Positions 1 through 10,324 are shown, counted from the stretch's first letter. The stretch: DNA of 64,000 nucleotides from Candidatus Atabeyarchaeum deiterrae (GCA_037310415.1 CP147780.1:2080001-2144000); one strand, 5' to 3'. The notes: generated by a model not told the origin, from the letters alone. Made by a program: numbers and translations.

Positions 1-466
1 TCTTCTTGAGCTTCTTCAGGTGTTGTGTCTTGCAGTTGCCACATTTTTCGCACTCAGAATTACCGTAGGGGAAGTTGATTCTTACCCTTCTGTCTTCAAA
101 AATAGCTTTGTTACAGAACACCTTCATACCATCTAACCCAACCTTGCTCAAGATCAGGTTAACATAAAAGTCCAATCCGTCACTGACCACGTATACAGGC
201 ACATTTCGTTTGCTGCATGTTTCGATGAAACGATCAAATGAGGGGCTGATGCACACATAATTGGATACGAAGTCCTCGATCTCCTTCCTTTCTCCTCGCA
301 CCGTACTGAATTCGCCGACCAACGCGTTCTTGCAGCTGATTTCGCCTCTTCTGAACCGGTTCTCGAGGTCCCACCACATCGTGCTACCGAATCTGTCGAA
401 TATGAGTTGAGCCACGTCGTCGTCGGTTACCGTGCCATCGAAATCGCACATGATAGCTGCGTTCAT
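1..466 (-). CDS. HAD-IB family phosphatase, MtnX-like (runs off window edge)
   Basis: Manual translation from ATG at 466: MNAAIMCDFDGTVTDDD (HAD motif I DxDGT), VVSDG motif II, C-terminal CEKCGNCK typical of the MtnX family; absent from ORF track because truncated. Confidence 0.85.
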   Translation of the reverse strand, partial: MNAAIMCDFDGTVTDDDVAQLIFDRFGSTMWWDLENRFRRGEISCKNALVGEFSTVRGERKEIEDFVSNYVCISPSFDRFIETCSKRNVPVYVVSDGLDFYVNLILSKVGLDGMKVFCNKAIFEDRRVRINFPYGNSECEKCGNCKTQHLKKLKK

Positions 467-602
467 GGTTAGGGAAGTATACGGGATTCACGTATAAGTG
501 TTAGGTAAAGAAAACCGCGCCCCCTGTCCATGCTAGTTAAAAGGGGGATGCGGACCGTAATATGTGTCCCATGCATGAACCAAGATGCGACAAGCTTACA
601 GT

Positions 603-1322
603 TCAATTAAGAGGGGATCCGCACTCAGGACAGTAAACTGCACCAGGTGGGTAGACGGCACCGCAACTGGGACATCGACGTTGTGCCAGTGATTTGGATT
701 TCTTGGAGGGGATTCCCATCACAGAGATAACGAGTTTCTTTCCACTCACGCGATCGACTCGCACCTTTTCCCCTTTCTCGATGAGAGAGCCGTTAGATGA
801 CCTTGCCCACCAGATTGTGTCGCCCACTTTCACTCGCCCTGCATTGTCCTCATCAATACGTTCCACCACTACCCCCTCTGACCCAATGTCCTCCTCTGGC
901 CCCGAGGCAGGGGTTCTGAATATGACGTTCTTCAGCGCGAATTGGTAGAGTATCACGAGTAAGAACAATGTTGCAGCCAAGGCAACCATTATGCCCGCCA
1001 CACCAAAAGCTGCAAACAAGGCGACTGCAAGGACAGCGTAGCCAGGTATGAATTTCTTAGCAGCTTTAATCATCGCTCCGTGTGTGAGCAGCGTAAGCAA
1101 ACCAATGGAAAGGACAAATGCTATGATGAAGAGCATGGCGCTTGTGAAGGCTTGTGTGCTTCCGTATTGTTCAAGGGTTGAGGCTGGCAGAACCTCCATT
1201 AAACTATGGAAGCCCACGGTGGAAGAGTATAGAAGCATACCGAAGAGCATCATGATTACAAGCACAACTACAGCTCCTAATATGAAGCCCTTGAGAAGTG
1301 ACCTGTTTTCTTTGTCAGCCAT
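603..1322 (-). CDS. NfeD-like membrane protein (OB-fold) with C-terminal zinc ribbon
   Basis: N-terminal TM helices; IGSEGVVVE..GRVKVGDTIWWARS..IEKGEKVRV NfeD OB-fold; CPSCG-x-CPECG tail. Confidence 0.8.
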   Translation of the reverse strand: MADKENRSLLKGFILGAVVVLVIMMLFGMLLYSSTVGFHSLMEVLPASTLEQYGSTQAFTSAMLFIIAFVLSIGLLTLLTHGAMIKAAKKFIPGYAVLAVALFAAFGVAGIMVALAATLFLLVILYQFALKNVIFRTPASGPEEDIGSEGVVVERIDEDNAGRVKVGDTIWWARSSNGSLIEKGEKVRVDRVSGKKLVISVMGIPSKKSKSLAQRRCPSCGAVYPPGAVYCPECGSPLN

Positions 1323-1591
1323 TGCAATCTAACTCCAAACGGGGTGCTTTCAGCAAGTGTAACCGCTTTCCCCTCAAGTAACCTACTAGTAGCTGCAAAT
1401 AGATATAAGTTTTTCTCGAACGAAACTAACAGTGAAACCAATGTTTCCCTGTCCTTTGAATACAGGCGTGAGAGACGACCTATCTAGGAATCGATGAATT
1501 CACCAAACGGGGCGTTGACGTTAAATATGTGAACCATCGTAATACATATCTACCTGAGGTGCAGTAATTAAGGAAAGCTAAAAGAGAACTG

Positions 1592-1843
1592 GTGGGTGAA
1601 ATAACTAGTATGAGACCTTGGTTCAGGCACATAATCCTTCTCACCGCGACGTTACTAGTCTACTACGCAGTGACTTTCGTTGTCATCTATCTCACAGTCA
1701 CTACCCCTAGCGTGGCAGCGTCACTCATCGCCAATGGCCAGAGCCTTGAAGCTACAATGGGTCAATTGATTATGGCTCTGTTTCCGATCCCATTCTTTCT
1801 CTGGTTGATTGGAGTAGTACTGAGCAAGTGGATTGCCTTCTGA
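1592..1843 (+). CDS. small two-TM membrane protein
   Basis: Two hydrophobic helices; fills intergenic space. Confidence 0.55.
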   Translation: MGEITSMRPWFRHIILLTATLLVYYAVTFVVIYLTVTTPSVAASLIANGQSLEATMGQLIMALFPIPFFLWLIGVVLSKWIAF

Positions 1844-1948
1844 CAGAGGGAGGCACGCTAGTCTATTTCTCTTTTTCAACTGCCATAGGTTGGGTCATCT
1901 CTGTACGGTGCCCGTTTCGGGACCGGCTGAGTCCTGAGTTCCTTCAGG

Positions 1949-2743
1949 TCACCCTTTTCCTGGCACTACCTTGTATTTGACATGCTTTGTCCACAACAAT
2001 AGAGCGAAGATCAACAATGTTGGCAACGCAAGTCCCAAAAGAGTAAACATCTCAATAAAGACAAGTGGTATCAGCGGGTGAGGCAATTTCATACCCCTCT
2101 TCTTGGCATCGTAGTATACCACCGCCACGACAAGAGCACCGAATGCGATCCATGTAATTACCACGGCAAGATAACCATAGAGGATTGCGGCAGTCTCGAA
2201 CACTGATGCCACTGCCAAAAGCATGTTGCAGCCAACGAAAGTTAAGACCAATATCTCAAGCTCCCGCCTGAACAGCAATCGGAAACCCACAGCGATGAGC
2301 ATAAGGAATACCATGGTTCCTTCAACCGCCGCCAGACTGTACGCGAAGAACTCCAACCACGTATGAGGAAACTGATTGAGAAGCGACCAAATCGCATCAG
2401 GCGGACTTATGCCCTCAACCAGACATATCGCGGAAAGACCCAATCCTGATGAAAAGCCTGATAGCATCAAGAAGAAGGTTCCAAGAAACGGGATTACTTC
2501 CAACAAAATTATCTGCATGTTGTGAAAGAAGATCGCCACAGGTGTAATGGGGATACTTGCAAGTTCATTGTATAACTCCTGAGCAACCGGTAGGGGTATC
2601 GGAGTCAGACCACCAATAGCAACAAGAACAGTGAACAGTATGAGATTCCCGAGAAGCAACGTAACACGAATTGCATGTCGGTAAACAACAATAGTTCTTA
2701 TCATGACAGCCCTTCCTCTTCTTCCTGACTGCGCCATTATCAA
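1949..2743 (-). CDS. SpoIIM-like (stage II sporulation protein M family) membrane protein
   Basis: IFFHN, PHTWLE and AxxFE motifs in a multi-TM protein. Confidence 0.7.
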   Translation of the reverse strand: MIMAQSGRRGRAVMIRTIVVYRHAIRVTLLLGNLILFTVLVAIGGLTPIPLPVAQELYNELASIPITPVAIFFHNMQIILLEVIPFLGTFFLMLSGFSSGLGLSAICLVEGISPPDAIWSLLNQFPHTWLEFFAYSLAAVEGTMVFLMLIAVGFRLLFRRELEILVLTFVGCNMLLAVASVFETAAILYGYLAVVITWIAFGALVVAVVYYDAKKRGMKLPHPLIPLVFIEMFTLLGLALPTLLIFALLLWTKHVKYKVVPGKG

Positions 2744-2960
2744 ATAGTTACGGATCTACTAATTATCCATTCCTATGATCCGAAGTCGACGTGTGTTCCA
2801 ACCGTCTACCATAATGTTTCTTGCCAACAACAAGCCAATTGAGGGTATCGCAATTCTTGAAAGACTAGCGTATTGACTTATCTCCGAGTTTTAAATATGC
2901 GTTCTTGCTATCAAGGATCACACCAGAATTCCGGGCCCAAAACGGGGGAATCATCTAGAT

Positions 2961-3707
2961 TTGTCAGATATATCGAACTTGACATCGTCTCTGAACAAAA
3001 TGAAACTCGTGATGAAGGATCTGCTCGCAATAGTCGACAAGGAATCAAATGGCGTATCACTTGGCGTTGACGCGATCTCAAACCTTGCCAAGCACTTTGA
3101 AGGAAGTGTCAAGGACAAGAGCAGAGCCGAGGAAGAGAAGCAGAAGAAGATAGCTCAAGTGGAAGGTGAAGTGGGAGAACTAGACAGGAAGAGAAACCAG
3201 CTGGAAGCCAACCTCGCACAATCTAACTCCAGCATCGACCAACAGAACTCAAAACTCTCAGACGTCAAACGAACACAAAACTCAACCAAGGAGGAACTTG
3301 CAGATGCCTCTGAAGAGCTGAGCAACCTTGAGAAGTCGACAACCGAGAAGAAACGCACAGCGGACAAGTTGACAAGTGATCTCCAGTCAATGAAGAAGAG
3401 ACATGAATCTGACATCCAGTCACTAAGGAAATCCTCTGAAGATGCTTCATCCAAATTGGCGCAAAAAGAAGCCCATCACAAAGCCCTACGCCTGCTAATT
3501 GGCGAGAAGGCAGTGTCCTTCCCCGAACTAAAAACCATACGAGCACTTCATGATCAACCCAACACAAACCTTGACCACCTCCAAAGAATAACTGAGTCAA
3601 GACGAAACGAAGTCGAGGACACTATCAGAGCATTAGCAAAAAGAGGAGTCGTGCAGTACGATTCGAAGTCAGGAGACGTAAGAGTTCTCAGAGATATGGA
3701 AGTATGA
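2961..3707 (+). CDS. coiled-coil protein with C-terminal winged-helix domain
   Basis: About 170 aa heptad-rich region followed by wH-like TIRALAKRGVVQYD. Confidence 0.7.
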   Translation: MSDISNLTSSLNKMKLVMKDLLAIVDKESNGVSLGVDAISNLAKHFEGSVKDKSRAEEEKQKKIAQVEGEVGELDRKRNQLEANLAQSNSSIDQQNSKLSDVKRTQNSTKEELADASEELSNLEKSTTEKKRTADKLTSDLQSMKKRHESDIQSLRKSSEDASSKLAQKEAHHKALRLLIGEKAVSFPELKTIRALHDQPNTNLDHLQRITESRRNEVEDTIRALAKRGVVQYDSKSGDVRVLRDMEV

Positions 3708-3736
3708 TCAAAACTTGATTCGGAGGCCACACTCAA

Positions 3737-4486
3737 ATGTCTGAAGTTGATAGATTGAAGGACTTAATCAATAAGAATGAAACCAGAATAATGGACTTGG
3801 GCAAATCAATTGAAGAGACTCTCAACTCATATTCAGAGGAATCCAAGAAAACATTAATCGTCGCCGAAAGAGTCAACGAGAAGCTGGAGGAAGCTGACAA
3901 AAGAATAAGCGGGTATGACGCTCAGATAACAAGCCTCGAAGGGAAGAGACAGGGACTAAAATCAGAGACAGGCTTCTTGGAACAGAAGATCAAGGAAGCC
4001 GAGAAGAGAATCTCATCAATAAACTCTGATATAAACTCCACGAACAAAGACATACTTAGGATACAAGACAGCATTAAGCAGTACCAAATCAAGATTGACG
4101 CTGCCAGAACCGAACTTGAGAAATACGAAAAAGAAATAGATGAGCTTGAAAAAGGCATTGAGGATACCAGACAATCAAACGAGAAGGAATTCAATGAGAG
4201 GAACGCAGCGTACACAAATGCTCTGAAGAAAACCAAGGAACTCTCGGAGAAGGAGCCTATTATGGATTTCCTATTAACAGAAGCGTCCTCAGAGCCGCCA
4301 GAGATCCCAATAGTTGCAAAGTTGATCACAGAAGCAGGATCCGCAAACATCGACGATCTCAAGAAAACTACGAAAGTTCCTCCGGCAATAGCGCTGAGAA
4401 CAATAAGCGCTCTTGAACAGAAGGGAATTGTTGAGAAGCCCGACGAAAAGCAAGTTAAACTGAAGAAGGCGTTGCCCGACCAGTGA
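3737..4486 (+). CDS. coiled-coil protein with C-terminal winged-helix domain (same architecture as upstream gene)
   Basis: Long heptad region then wH-like ALRTISALEQKGIVE. Confidence 0.7.
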   Translation: MSEVDRLKDLINKNETRIMDLGKSIEETLNSYSEESKKTLIVAERVNEKLEEADKRISGYDAQITSLEGKRQGLKSETGFLEQKIKEAEKRISSINSDINSTNKDILRIQDSIKQYQIKIDAARTELEKYEKEIDELEKGIEDTRQSNEKEFNERNAAYTNALKKTKELSEKEPIMDFLLTEASSEPPEIPIVAKLITEAGSANIDDLKKTTKVPPAIALRTISALEQKGIVEKPDEKQVKLKKALPDQ

Positions 4487-4527
4487 TTGGAAGCAGACGC
4501 AGAACTGTTTTCATCCATCCCTCCTTT

Positions 4528-5259
4528 TTATATTTTTGCCAATTCAGCGACTGGTGCCCCAACTTTTTCGAGATCCAAGTACGCCGCCAGTTTGAAATGA
4601 ATCGACCCAGGATTCACGACAAGTGTCTCACCGAGCCTAGCTATTCCTCTAGCTTCATGTATGTGACCACAACAGATTGCCGCCGGTTTCCACTTCAATA
4701 CTGTTCGTCTGATTCCTTGGCTGCCAGCATTTGATCTGCTAAGGACAGAGAAATCGCATGCCCCGAAAGGCGGATCGTGAGTCACGAGAACGATCCTTTT
4801 CGGTTCCGCATGCAACCCATCTATTGCCTTCGTAATCAAGCTGTCCAAGAACTGTTCAGCTTCATTGTCACGATCAATGGGTTGTCCCTCTATGTTCCAA
4901 CTTCCGTAGAAGGCAGGGTGAAAACCAGACATGCCAATGAAGGTGAAGTCCCCGAACTTGAGAAATCTGCCGTGAAGACAGGTGACCCTGCTAGTTGAGG
5001 ATTTCCCATTACCAATGGCGTCACCATATTTCATCAGGAGAGGAGGGTCATGATTTCCAGTCACATAAAACACGTCTTGAAAGCCTTTTCTAACCTCTTC
5101 AATGATAGCAACACCTTTATCAAAGGAGCCAAACTCCGAAAGGTCTCCACAGAGCACAGCAGCATCGACATCTGACCCGCCGAACTCAACGTTACAACTT
5201 CCCAAGGCTTTCGCCGAGCCTAGGTTTCCATGGAAATCAGATGCTACAAGAATCCTCAA
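4528..5259 (-). CDS. calcineurin-like metallophosphoesterase
   Basis: SDFH, GD, GNHD, THxPP, GHIHE, NPG motifs. Confidence 0.9.
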   Translation of the reverse strand: MRILVASDFHGNLGSAKALGSCNVEFGGSDVDAAVLCGDLSEFGSFDKGVAIIEEVRKGFQDVFYVTGNHDPPLLMKYGDAIGNGKSSTSRVTCLHGRFLKFGDFTFIGMSGFHPAFYGSWNIEGQPIDRDNEAEQFLDSLITKAIDGLHAEPKRIVLVTHDPPFGACDFSVLSRSNAGSQGIRRTVLKWKPAAICCGHIHEARGIARLGETLVVNPGSIHFKLAAYLDLEKVGAPVAELAKI

Positions 5260-5683
5260 GTCTGAAACACCACGTAAACTACCACCTATTGAGATAGGTG
5301 GCTTTCCTTAGGGGTCGATTCAAGGTGCACTGCACCGAAACCGAGTCCCTCATCGGAACGCAACAGTCCGTTTACAGAGACTGGTCTGTTGGTAAGCTGG
5401 AAGAAGGCACTCTGGTTGAGAGTGTGCTCGTTCTCGTTCCCATTCCGCACCAACAGAGATTTTACAGCGATGGCTGAGCTCGCTTTTCTATCGCTGAATC
5501 TGGTCAGAGTTTCCACTTTACGCTTTGTAGCACCTGTTTGTACTAGTATTGCGCGTTGCATGCTCTCAGCCTACATTTATGTTATTTGCCGACCTTAAGA
5601 ACTCAACGGAAGTGGTTCCGCAATTCCTCCACTCTTTGAAAAAGGGCGGTCTCCTTGCAGTGGTTTCTGTGAGATTACAAGAT

Positions 5684-6202
5684 TCATTCCTGTAGATGTC
5701 TGGTGAGTCTCTCTAATGTCCTTGTAAACCTTGATGGGTCGTCCACGTTGAAGAAGACTCTCCTAAGTCTCTTGGTATCACGCTCAATCATCACGAAAGG
5801 CGAGCTTGTTTTGAAGCAGTACACCAACTTTCCTCTCCCAGGAGAGACACCAGAGTTTGATGTGTGCCAGCCTGACGGATTCTGGACAGAGAAACTCCGA
5901 ACAATAGAAAGAGGTATCGAACTTCTCACTGGACCGAAACGAACAAACACTCTCCAATTGCTGAGCATCACCTTTCTCGAGTAGAGAAATGAGAGGATGA
6001 GTCCCAAAACCGCACCTTCCACGACAAAGACGGAAGTCAAAACGATCCAAGGAAGTCCGAGATAAACCAAGACCAAACCTATAACGAGATTGTCCATAAT
6101 CATCAAAACCAACAACGCTTCAAACAAAGCACTATCTATCTCAGGTTTCTCTTCGTATAGGACATGCTCGGTCGCCTTGCGGTCGCGTTGGTCTCCGATC
6201 AT
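5684..6202 (-). CDS. two-TM membrane protein with bacterial PH-like domain
   Basis: Two N-terminal TMs, VFVRFG..SIPLS.., FNVDDPSRF pattern typical of bPH domains. Confidence 0.55.
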   Translation of the reverse strand: MIGDQRDRKATEHVLYEEKPEIDSALFEALLVLMIMDNLVIGLVLVYLGLPWIVLTSVFVVEGAVLGLILSFLYSRKVMLSNWRVFVRFGPVRSSIPLSIVRSFSVQNPSGWHTSNSGVSPGRGKLVYCFKTSSPFVMIERDTKRLRRVFFNVDDPSRFTRTLERLTRHLQE

Positions 6203-6321
6203 GATTCGACCCTCCTTCGACTATTTACACGACAGATATATAACCAAACAGTTCCTAATAACCTACACAGTGTTTTCTTTTTTTGCTTTTTTGTGCTGAG
6301 AGAGTGAAGAGAGGGTGAAGG

Positions 6322-6669
6322 GTGACGAGTAACAAGTCTCTTCAAGCTATAGCTGACATGATCAGTAAGTGCACAACCATGTATTTTGCTGAAACACTTG
6401 AAGAAATGGAAGCGCCAATTAGAAAGCGACTCGAAGACTACATGCTTCTCAGATTTCGCCAGATTTTTGCTCTAGCAGGAGGAGTCGGATACCCATGCGA
6501 AGATCTTGAAAAGTTGCTTAGGGTACAGAAGAAAAGCGACCCCGAAAGACTAGAGAAGCTCGTTGAGGGAGTCATACGTGAACTAAAGGCGTACATTGAT
6601 GCAGAGGAGAGAGAAAAGGAACGAAAGAGGAAAGGAATGAAGCCCCTAATAGAAGAATATGTCACATAG
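6322..6669 (+). CDS. hypothetical helical protein
   Basis: ORF with purine-rich upstream sequence; no family recognised. Confidence 0.55.
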   Translation: MTSNKSLQAIADMISKCTTMYFAETLEEMEAPIRKRLEDYMLLRFRQIFALAGGVGYPCEDLEKLLRVQKKSDPERLEKLVEGVIRELKAYIDAEEREKERKRKGMKPLIEEYVT

Positions 6670-6905
6670 AGAATGTTCTGTGCCAATCTCTGCAGTTTGT
6701 CAGCAACCTCCTGTCATAAGTCAATGACCCTTGGGCTGATTCACCCTGTTCTGGCCGAGCCCAGCTATTTCGCAATAGATTCCCACCGCTTCACGCTATC
6801 AAAATTGCGAAGAGAACCTGCTGAAATCGTGAGGAACTTAAACGCAGATCAAATTGTTATTCACAAGCGGAGTTGCATAACGGAGTAGTGGTGTCTATCA
6901 CTGAA

Positions 6906-7694
6906 TCAACCAAGAGGCTTCTGTTGTTTGGATCTCGTGAGCAGCCGCGTCAATGAAGGCGGGGACAGATTCGCTTTTTCCAGCATGTCTCGATTGGAAA
7001 GTATCTCTTCCACTGGTCCTTCTGAAGTAATTCTGCCCTCGCTCATTATGACGCACCTATCTGCAATCAGCGGGAGGATATTCACATCGTGAGTAGCGAC
7101 AATGATAGTCTTTCCGCTAATGTTGAGACGACCAAGCAGTTCTATCGTGGAAGCAACGCCTTTGGGGTCGAGGTTGGCAGTAGGTTCGTCTAGGACAAGT
7201 ATCTCGGGATCCATTGATAGTACGGTAGCGATTGCGGCTCTCCTTTTCTGACCTAGGCTGAGATGGTGAGGAGCCTTCTTCTCAAGCCCGCTCAGACCAA
7301 CGGTCTTGATGGCTGCGTTGACTCTTCGAACTATGCTGTTCCTGGACATACCAAGGTTCAGCGGTCCAAATGCGATTTCGTCCCACAGTGTTGACAGGAA
7401 AAGCTGGTCATCAGGATTCTGGAAGACCATGCCCACTTTGGACCGAATGAATTTCAAGTTGCTCCTCTCGGAGGTGACTCTGCCCATGATGCTCACGCTT
7501 CCGCTCGGCGGAACTAGGAGCCCATTTAGATGTAGGAAGAGCGTCGACTTTCCAGCCCCGTTGGCGCCGAGGAGCGCAACACTCTCACCTCTCAAGACCT
7601 TTAAGCTGACTCCGCGAAGCGCCTGGGTTCCATCAGGATACGAGTAGTAGAGGTCCTTGACCTCGACGATTGGTTGATCAACTGTTGTCTCCAA
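6906..7694 (-). CDS. cbiO: ECF Ni/Co transporter ATPase (CbiO/NikO)
   Basis: GANGAGKST, FQNPDDQ, LSLGQKRR, LDEPT; operon context. Confidence 0.92.
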   Translation of the reverse strand: METTVDQPIVEVKDLYYSYPDGTQALRGVSLKVLRGESVALLGANGAGKSTLFLHLNGLLVPPSGSVSIMGRVTSERSNLKFIRSKVGMVFQNPDDQLFLSTLWDEIAFGPLNLGMSRNSIVRRVNAAIKTVGLSGLEKKAPHHLSLGQKRRAAIATVLSMDPEILVLDEPTANLDPKGVASTIELLGRLNISGKTIIVATHDVNILPLIADRCVIMSEGRITSEGPVEEILSNRDMLEKANLSPPSLTRLLTRSKQQKPLG

Positions 7695-7703
7695 GACCGC
7701 GAA

Positions 7704-8591
7704 TCACCATCCAGTTAACGCTCGAATATGACCGCGCAGCATAGGCACAACTCCCGGAAAAATCATGCCCATGTCGGTCAGAAGTATGATTACTAGGACG
7801 GAGATTAAGGCAAAACCTCCAACCACGCCAGGCAACCTCAGCTTGAGGTCGTTGAAAGTTCTGAAGCTTCCATCGAAACCTCTTGCTAACATGGCATCAT
7901 AAACGCGCTCGCCCCGCTCATAAGATCTACCAATGGATGTGGAAATCACGCCACCGACGAGCTTCGCGCTCCGCAAAGTACCAAGTTTCCCGAACGTCCG
8001 CGCCTCCCTGGCCCTCAACATTCTAAGAAGCTCGTCAATAGTGAGAAAAATGTACCTGTAAGTCATAGACAACATCATCGTGAAAGCTCTTGGAATCTTG
8101 AACTTCTCCAGACCGCGAATTAACCTCGTGAAATCTGTGGTCAAGAGCAAAAGAATGGTCGCAGCAACGCAGAGCCAAACGCGAAACACAAAATGAAAAG
8201 CCACTGCAACCCCCTCTCTCGTAATGAGGAAACGGTATGTCTCCAATTGAAGGGAGAATACCGGGGTACCTGGCGTTATGAATAGCAGGGGCAACGCTAT
8301 GATGCCTGCGAAAAAAGGAACAAAGAATGTAGCCCTCCCCAAATAGCTACGTGCTGGTAACCTAGAGAAAAGTCCAAGAACTATAATGATAAAGAAAAGA
8401 AAAAGCATAGAAACAATGCTCTTGACCATGACCGCCGTAAAGATCAAAAGCACCGTGCTAACTAGCTTGATGCGAGGATCCCATTTGTGCACGGGAGAAG
8501 ATAAGCTAGAGTACTTCTCGACATCCATTACGTCCCTGAGGGACTTGAGCAAACCTCTACCGCCAAGCAAGATGTTTGAACCATCCGCCAC
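7704..8591 (-). CDS. cbiQ: ECF transporter T component (CbiQ/NikQ)
   Basis: DPRIKL, YRYI, AREAR, AMLARGF motifs. Confidence 0.92.
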   Translation of the reverse strand: MADGSNILLGGRGLLKSLRDVMDVEKYSSLSSPVHKWDPRIKLVSTVLLIFTAVMVKSIVSMLFLFFIIIVLGLFSRLPARSYLGRATFFVPFFAGIIALPLLFITPGTPVFSLQLETYRFLITREGVAVAFHFVFRVWLCVAATILLLLTTDFTRLIRGLEKFKIPRAFTMMLSMTYRYIFLTIDELLRMLRAREARTFGKLGTLRSAKLVGGVISTSIGRSYERGERVYDAMLARGFDGSFRTFNDLKLRLPGVVGGFALISVLVIILLTDMGMIFPGVVPMLRGHIRALTGW

Positions 8592-8657
8592 AGTCTTGTT
8601 TCAGTTTTCTACTATCCCGCAAAAAGGGGGAAACGGTTAGGGCTTCGTCATGTTAAA

Positions 8658-8999
8658 TCATTTCTTCTGCCCTTTGACACTAACGCGGAATCTCTGAAGA
8701 GAAGCAATCTTTGACACGAGGTACATGAATGCAAATACCAGTACTATCCCCATGACTCCAGCAACGAATGTGCTGATCCATGGATTCGCGATAAGAGCCA
8801 CGCTGTATTCTGGGAAAAGACCTTCCCAAAGGGGGATACTTTCAACACCCAGTGATTCTGCTGTCTTATCCAACCCATCGGGGTTTGTTGAGCCAAGCGG
8901 TATAAAGAGGAATAGGAGCAGAGCGATTATTCCAATCGAGAGAGCGATCTGTCTATAGAGCTTTCTCCTCTCAGCAGAGATATTCGCGGACTTGCTCAA
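8658..8999 (-). CDS. PDGLE-domain component (NikN-like) of Ni/Co ECF transporter
   Basis: STNPDGLD motif between two TMs. Confidence 0.85.
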   Translation of the reverse strand: MSKSANISAERRKLYRQIALSIGIIALLLFLFIPLGSTNPDGLDKTAESLGVESIPLWEGLFPEYSVALIANPWISTFVAGVMGIVLVFAFMYLVSKIASLQRFRVSVKGQKK

Positions 9000-9006
9000 T
9001 TATCTA

Positions 9007-9696
9007 TCACCCCTTCTTTTCCGCAGCGACGTTCGTCATAGCAGGCAAAACGCTGGGCTGGGCCCTCATGAGAGCAGCCAAGATCAGCACAGTGATTATT
9101 CCTTCACCCAGCCCAATAATCACGTGCCAGACTACCATGACTGGAACCGTGACACCAATCCCGTACGGAAATATGCTTGAGAATCCTATCTCGAGTCCGC
9201 AAACGAAGGCGCCCAAGACAATGCTGACCCACGATGCTACAAAAGCCGACGCTAAGGTGACTCCTGTCCCACGATGCAACCTTGTTATTGCCTTGTAGAT
9301 TAGGTATCCCGAGAATGCAGCTACAATACCCATGTTGAGGACGTTAGCACCTAAGGCAGTTATTCCCCCGTCGCCGAACATAAATCCTTGGATCAGCAGA
9401 ATAGTGGTTATCGACACAATGGCAGCGTAGGGGCCGAAGAGGATTGAGATCAGTGTCGCACCGACCAAGTGTCCACTTGTCCCTCCAAGAATAGGAAAGT
9501 TGACCATCTGAGCCGCGAAGACACCCGCAGTAACGAGAGCCAGCAGAGGAACCTGCTTCTCCCCCAAGGCACCTTTGAATTTGACAGAGGCAACTATCCA
9601 GAAGATTATTGTTATAGCAAACGTGATGGCGATCATTCGTATGTCGAGGAACCCATCAGGGATATGCATGCACGCGATCTCTCCCGCTGGTTGCAA
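9007..9696 (-). CDS. cbiM: ECF S component CbiM/NikM (true start likely MHIPDG at 9669)
   Basis: MHIPDGFL metal-binding N-terminus, GTSGH, GDGG, HxxIGxGEG. Confidence 0.93.
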   Translation of the reverse strand: MQPAGEIACMHIPDGFLDIRMIAITFAITIIFWIVASVKFKGALGEKQVPLLALVTAGVFAAQMVNFPILGGTSGHLVGATLISILFGPYAAIVSITTILLIQGFMFGDGGITALGANVLNMGIVAAFSGYLIYKAITRLHRGTGVTLASAFVASWVSIVLGAFVCGLEIGFSSIFPYGIGVTVPVMVVWHVIIGLGEGIITVLILAALMRAQPSVLPAMTNVAAEKKG

Positions 9697-9726
9697 TCAG
9701 ATACCTACTCACTATGTGAGAATTGG

Positions 9727-9790
9727 AGTAATAAAAACCTTTGTATAAGTATTACTAACAACATAAATATATGCAAAATAGTATTACTCC
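9727..9790. promoter_or_regulatory. NikR operator between divergent nik/cbi operon and nikR
   Basis: AGTAATA-N16-TATTACT palindrome (9727-9756) with the 6-16-6 NikR geometry; extra TATTAC half-site at 9782-9787. Confidence 0.8.
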
Positions 9791-9859
9791 GCACTAGTAA
9801 ATGCAAGGCACATTGAACGCTTTCATAGAACCAGGTATCATTCTACGATCGGAGATGAG

Positions 9860-10324
9860 TTGAGAGCAATGGCAAACATACGAAAGTTAGCAAAAAGTGT
9901 AGAAACTGAGGAAGGCGTGGTTAGAGTGAGCATGAGCTTACCTAACGATTTGCTGGAAGATTTTGATGAAACTGCAAAGAAGAAAGGGTACTTCAAAAGG
10001 TCTGAGGCCATCAGAGATGCTTTGAGAAACTTCATCTTGGAGAGCAAATGGGCCACAGATGAGAACTCTATCTTAGCTGGAACTATATCAATGGTCTACG
10101 ACCATGAAGTAAGATCTCTAGTAGACAAATTGATTGACCTTCAGCATGACTCCGGAGTACTCATTAAGGCCTCGTTACACCTTCACCTTGACGAGCACAA
10201 CTGCATGGAAATACTTGCTTTGGAAGGTAAGGCAAAGGAATTGAAGAGGCTATCAGAAAGTATGATAAGTAAGAAAGGAGTCAAGACATTGAAACTCACG
10301 ATACTTCACGCGAGAACCACTTAG
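9860..10324 (+). CDS. nikR: nickel-responsive regulator NikR
   Basis: RHH (RVSMSLP..RSEAIRDALR) plus YDH, LQH, HLHL..HNCME Ni ligands. Confidence 0.95.
   Translation: MRAMANIRKLAKSVETEEGVVRVSMSLPNDLLEDFDETAKKKGYFKRSEAIRDALRNFILESKWATDENSILAGTISMVYDHEVRSLVDKLIDLQHDSGVLIKASLHLHLDEHNCMEILALEGKAKELKRLSESMISKKGVKTLKLTILHARTT

Noticed and set aside
2961-4486. ESCRT-III/CdvB or SMC assignment
   Set aside because: No recognisable Snf7 core pattern, no Walker motifs, no Vps4/CdvA neighbour
5286-5598. Overlapping short ORFs in the gap after the phosphoesterase
   Set aside because: No recognisable motif in either strand; cannot tell whether either is real
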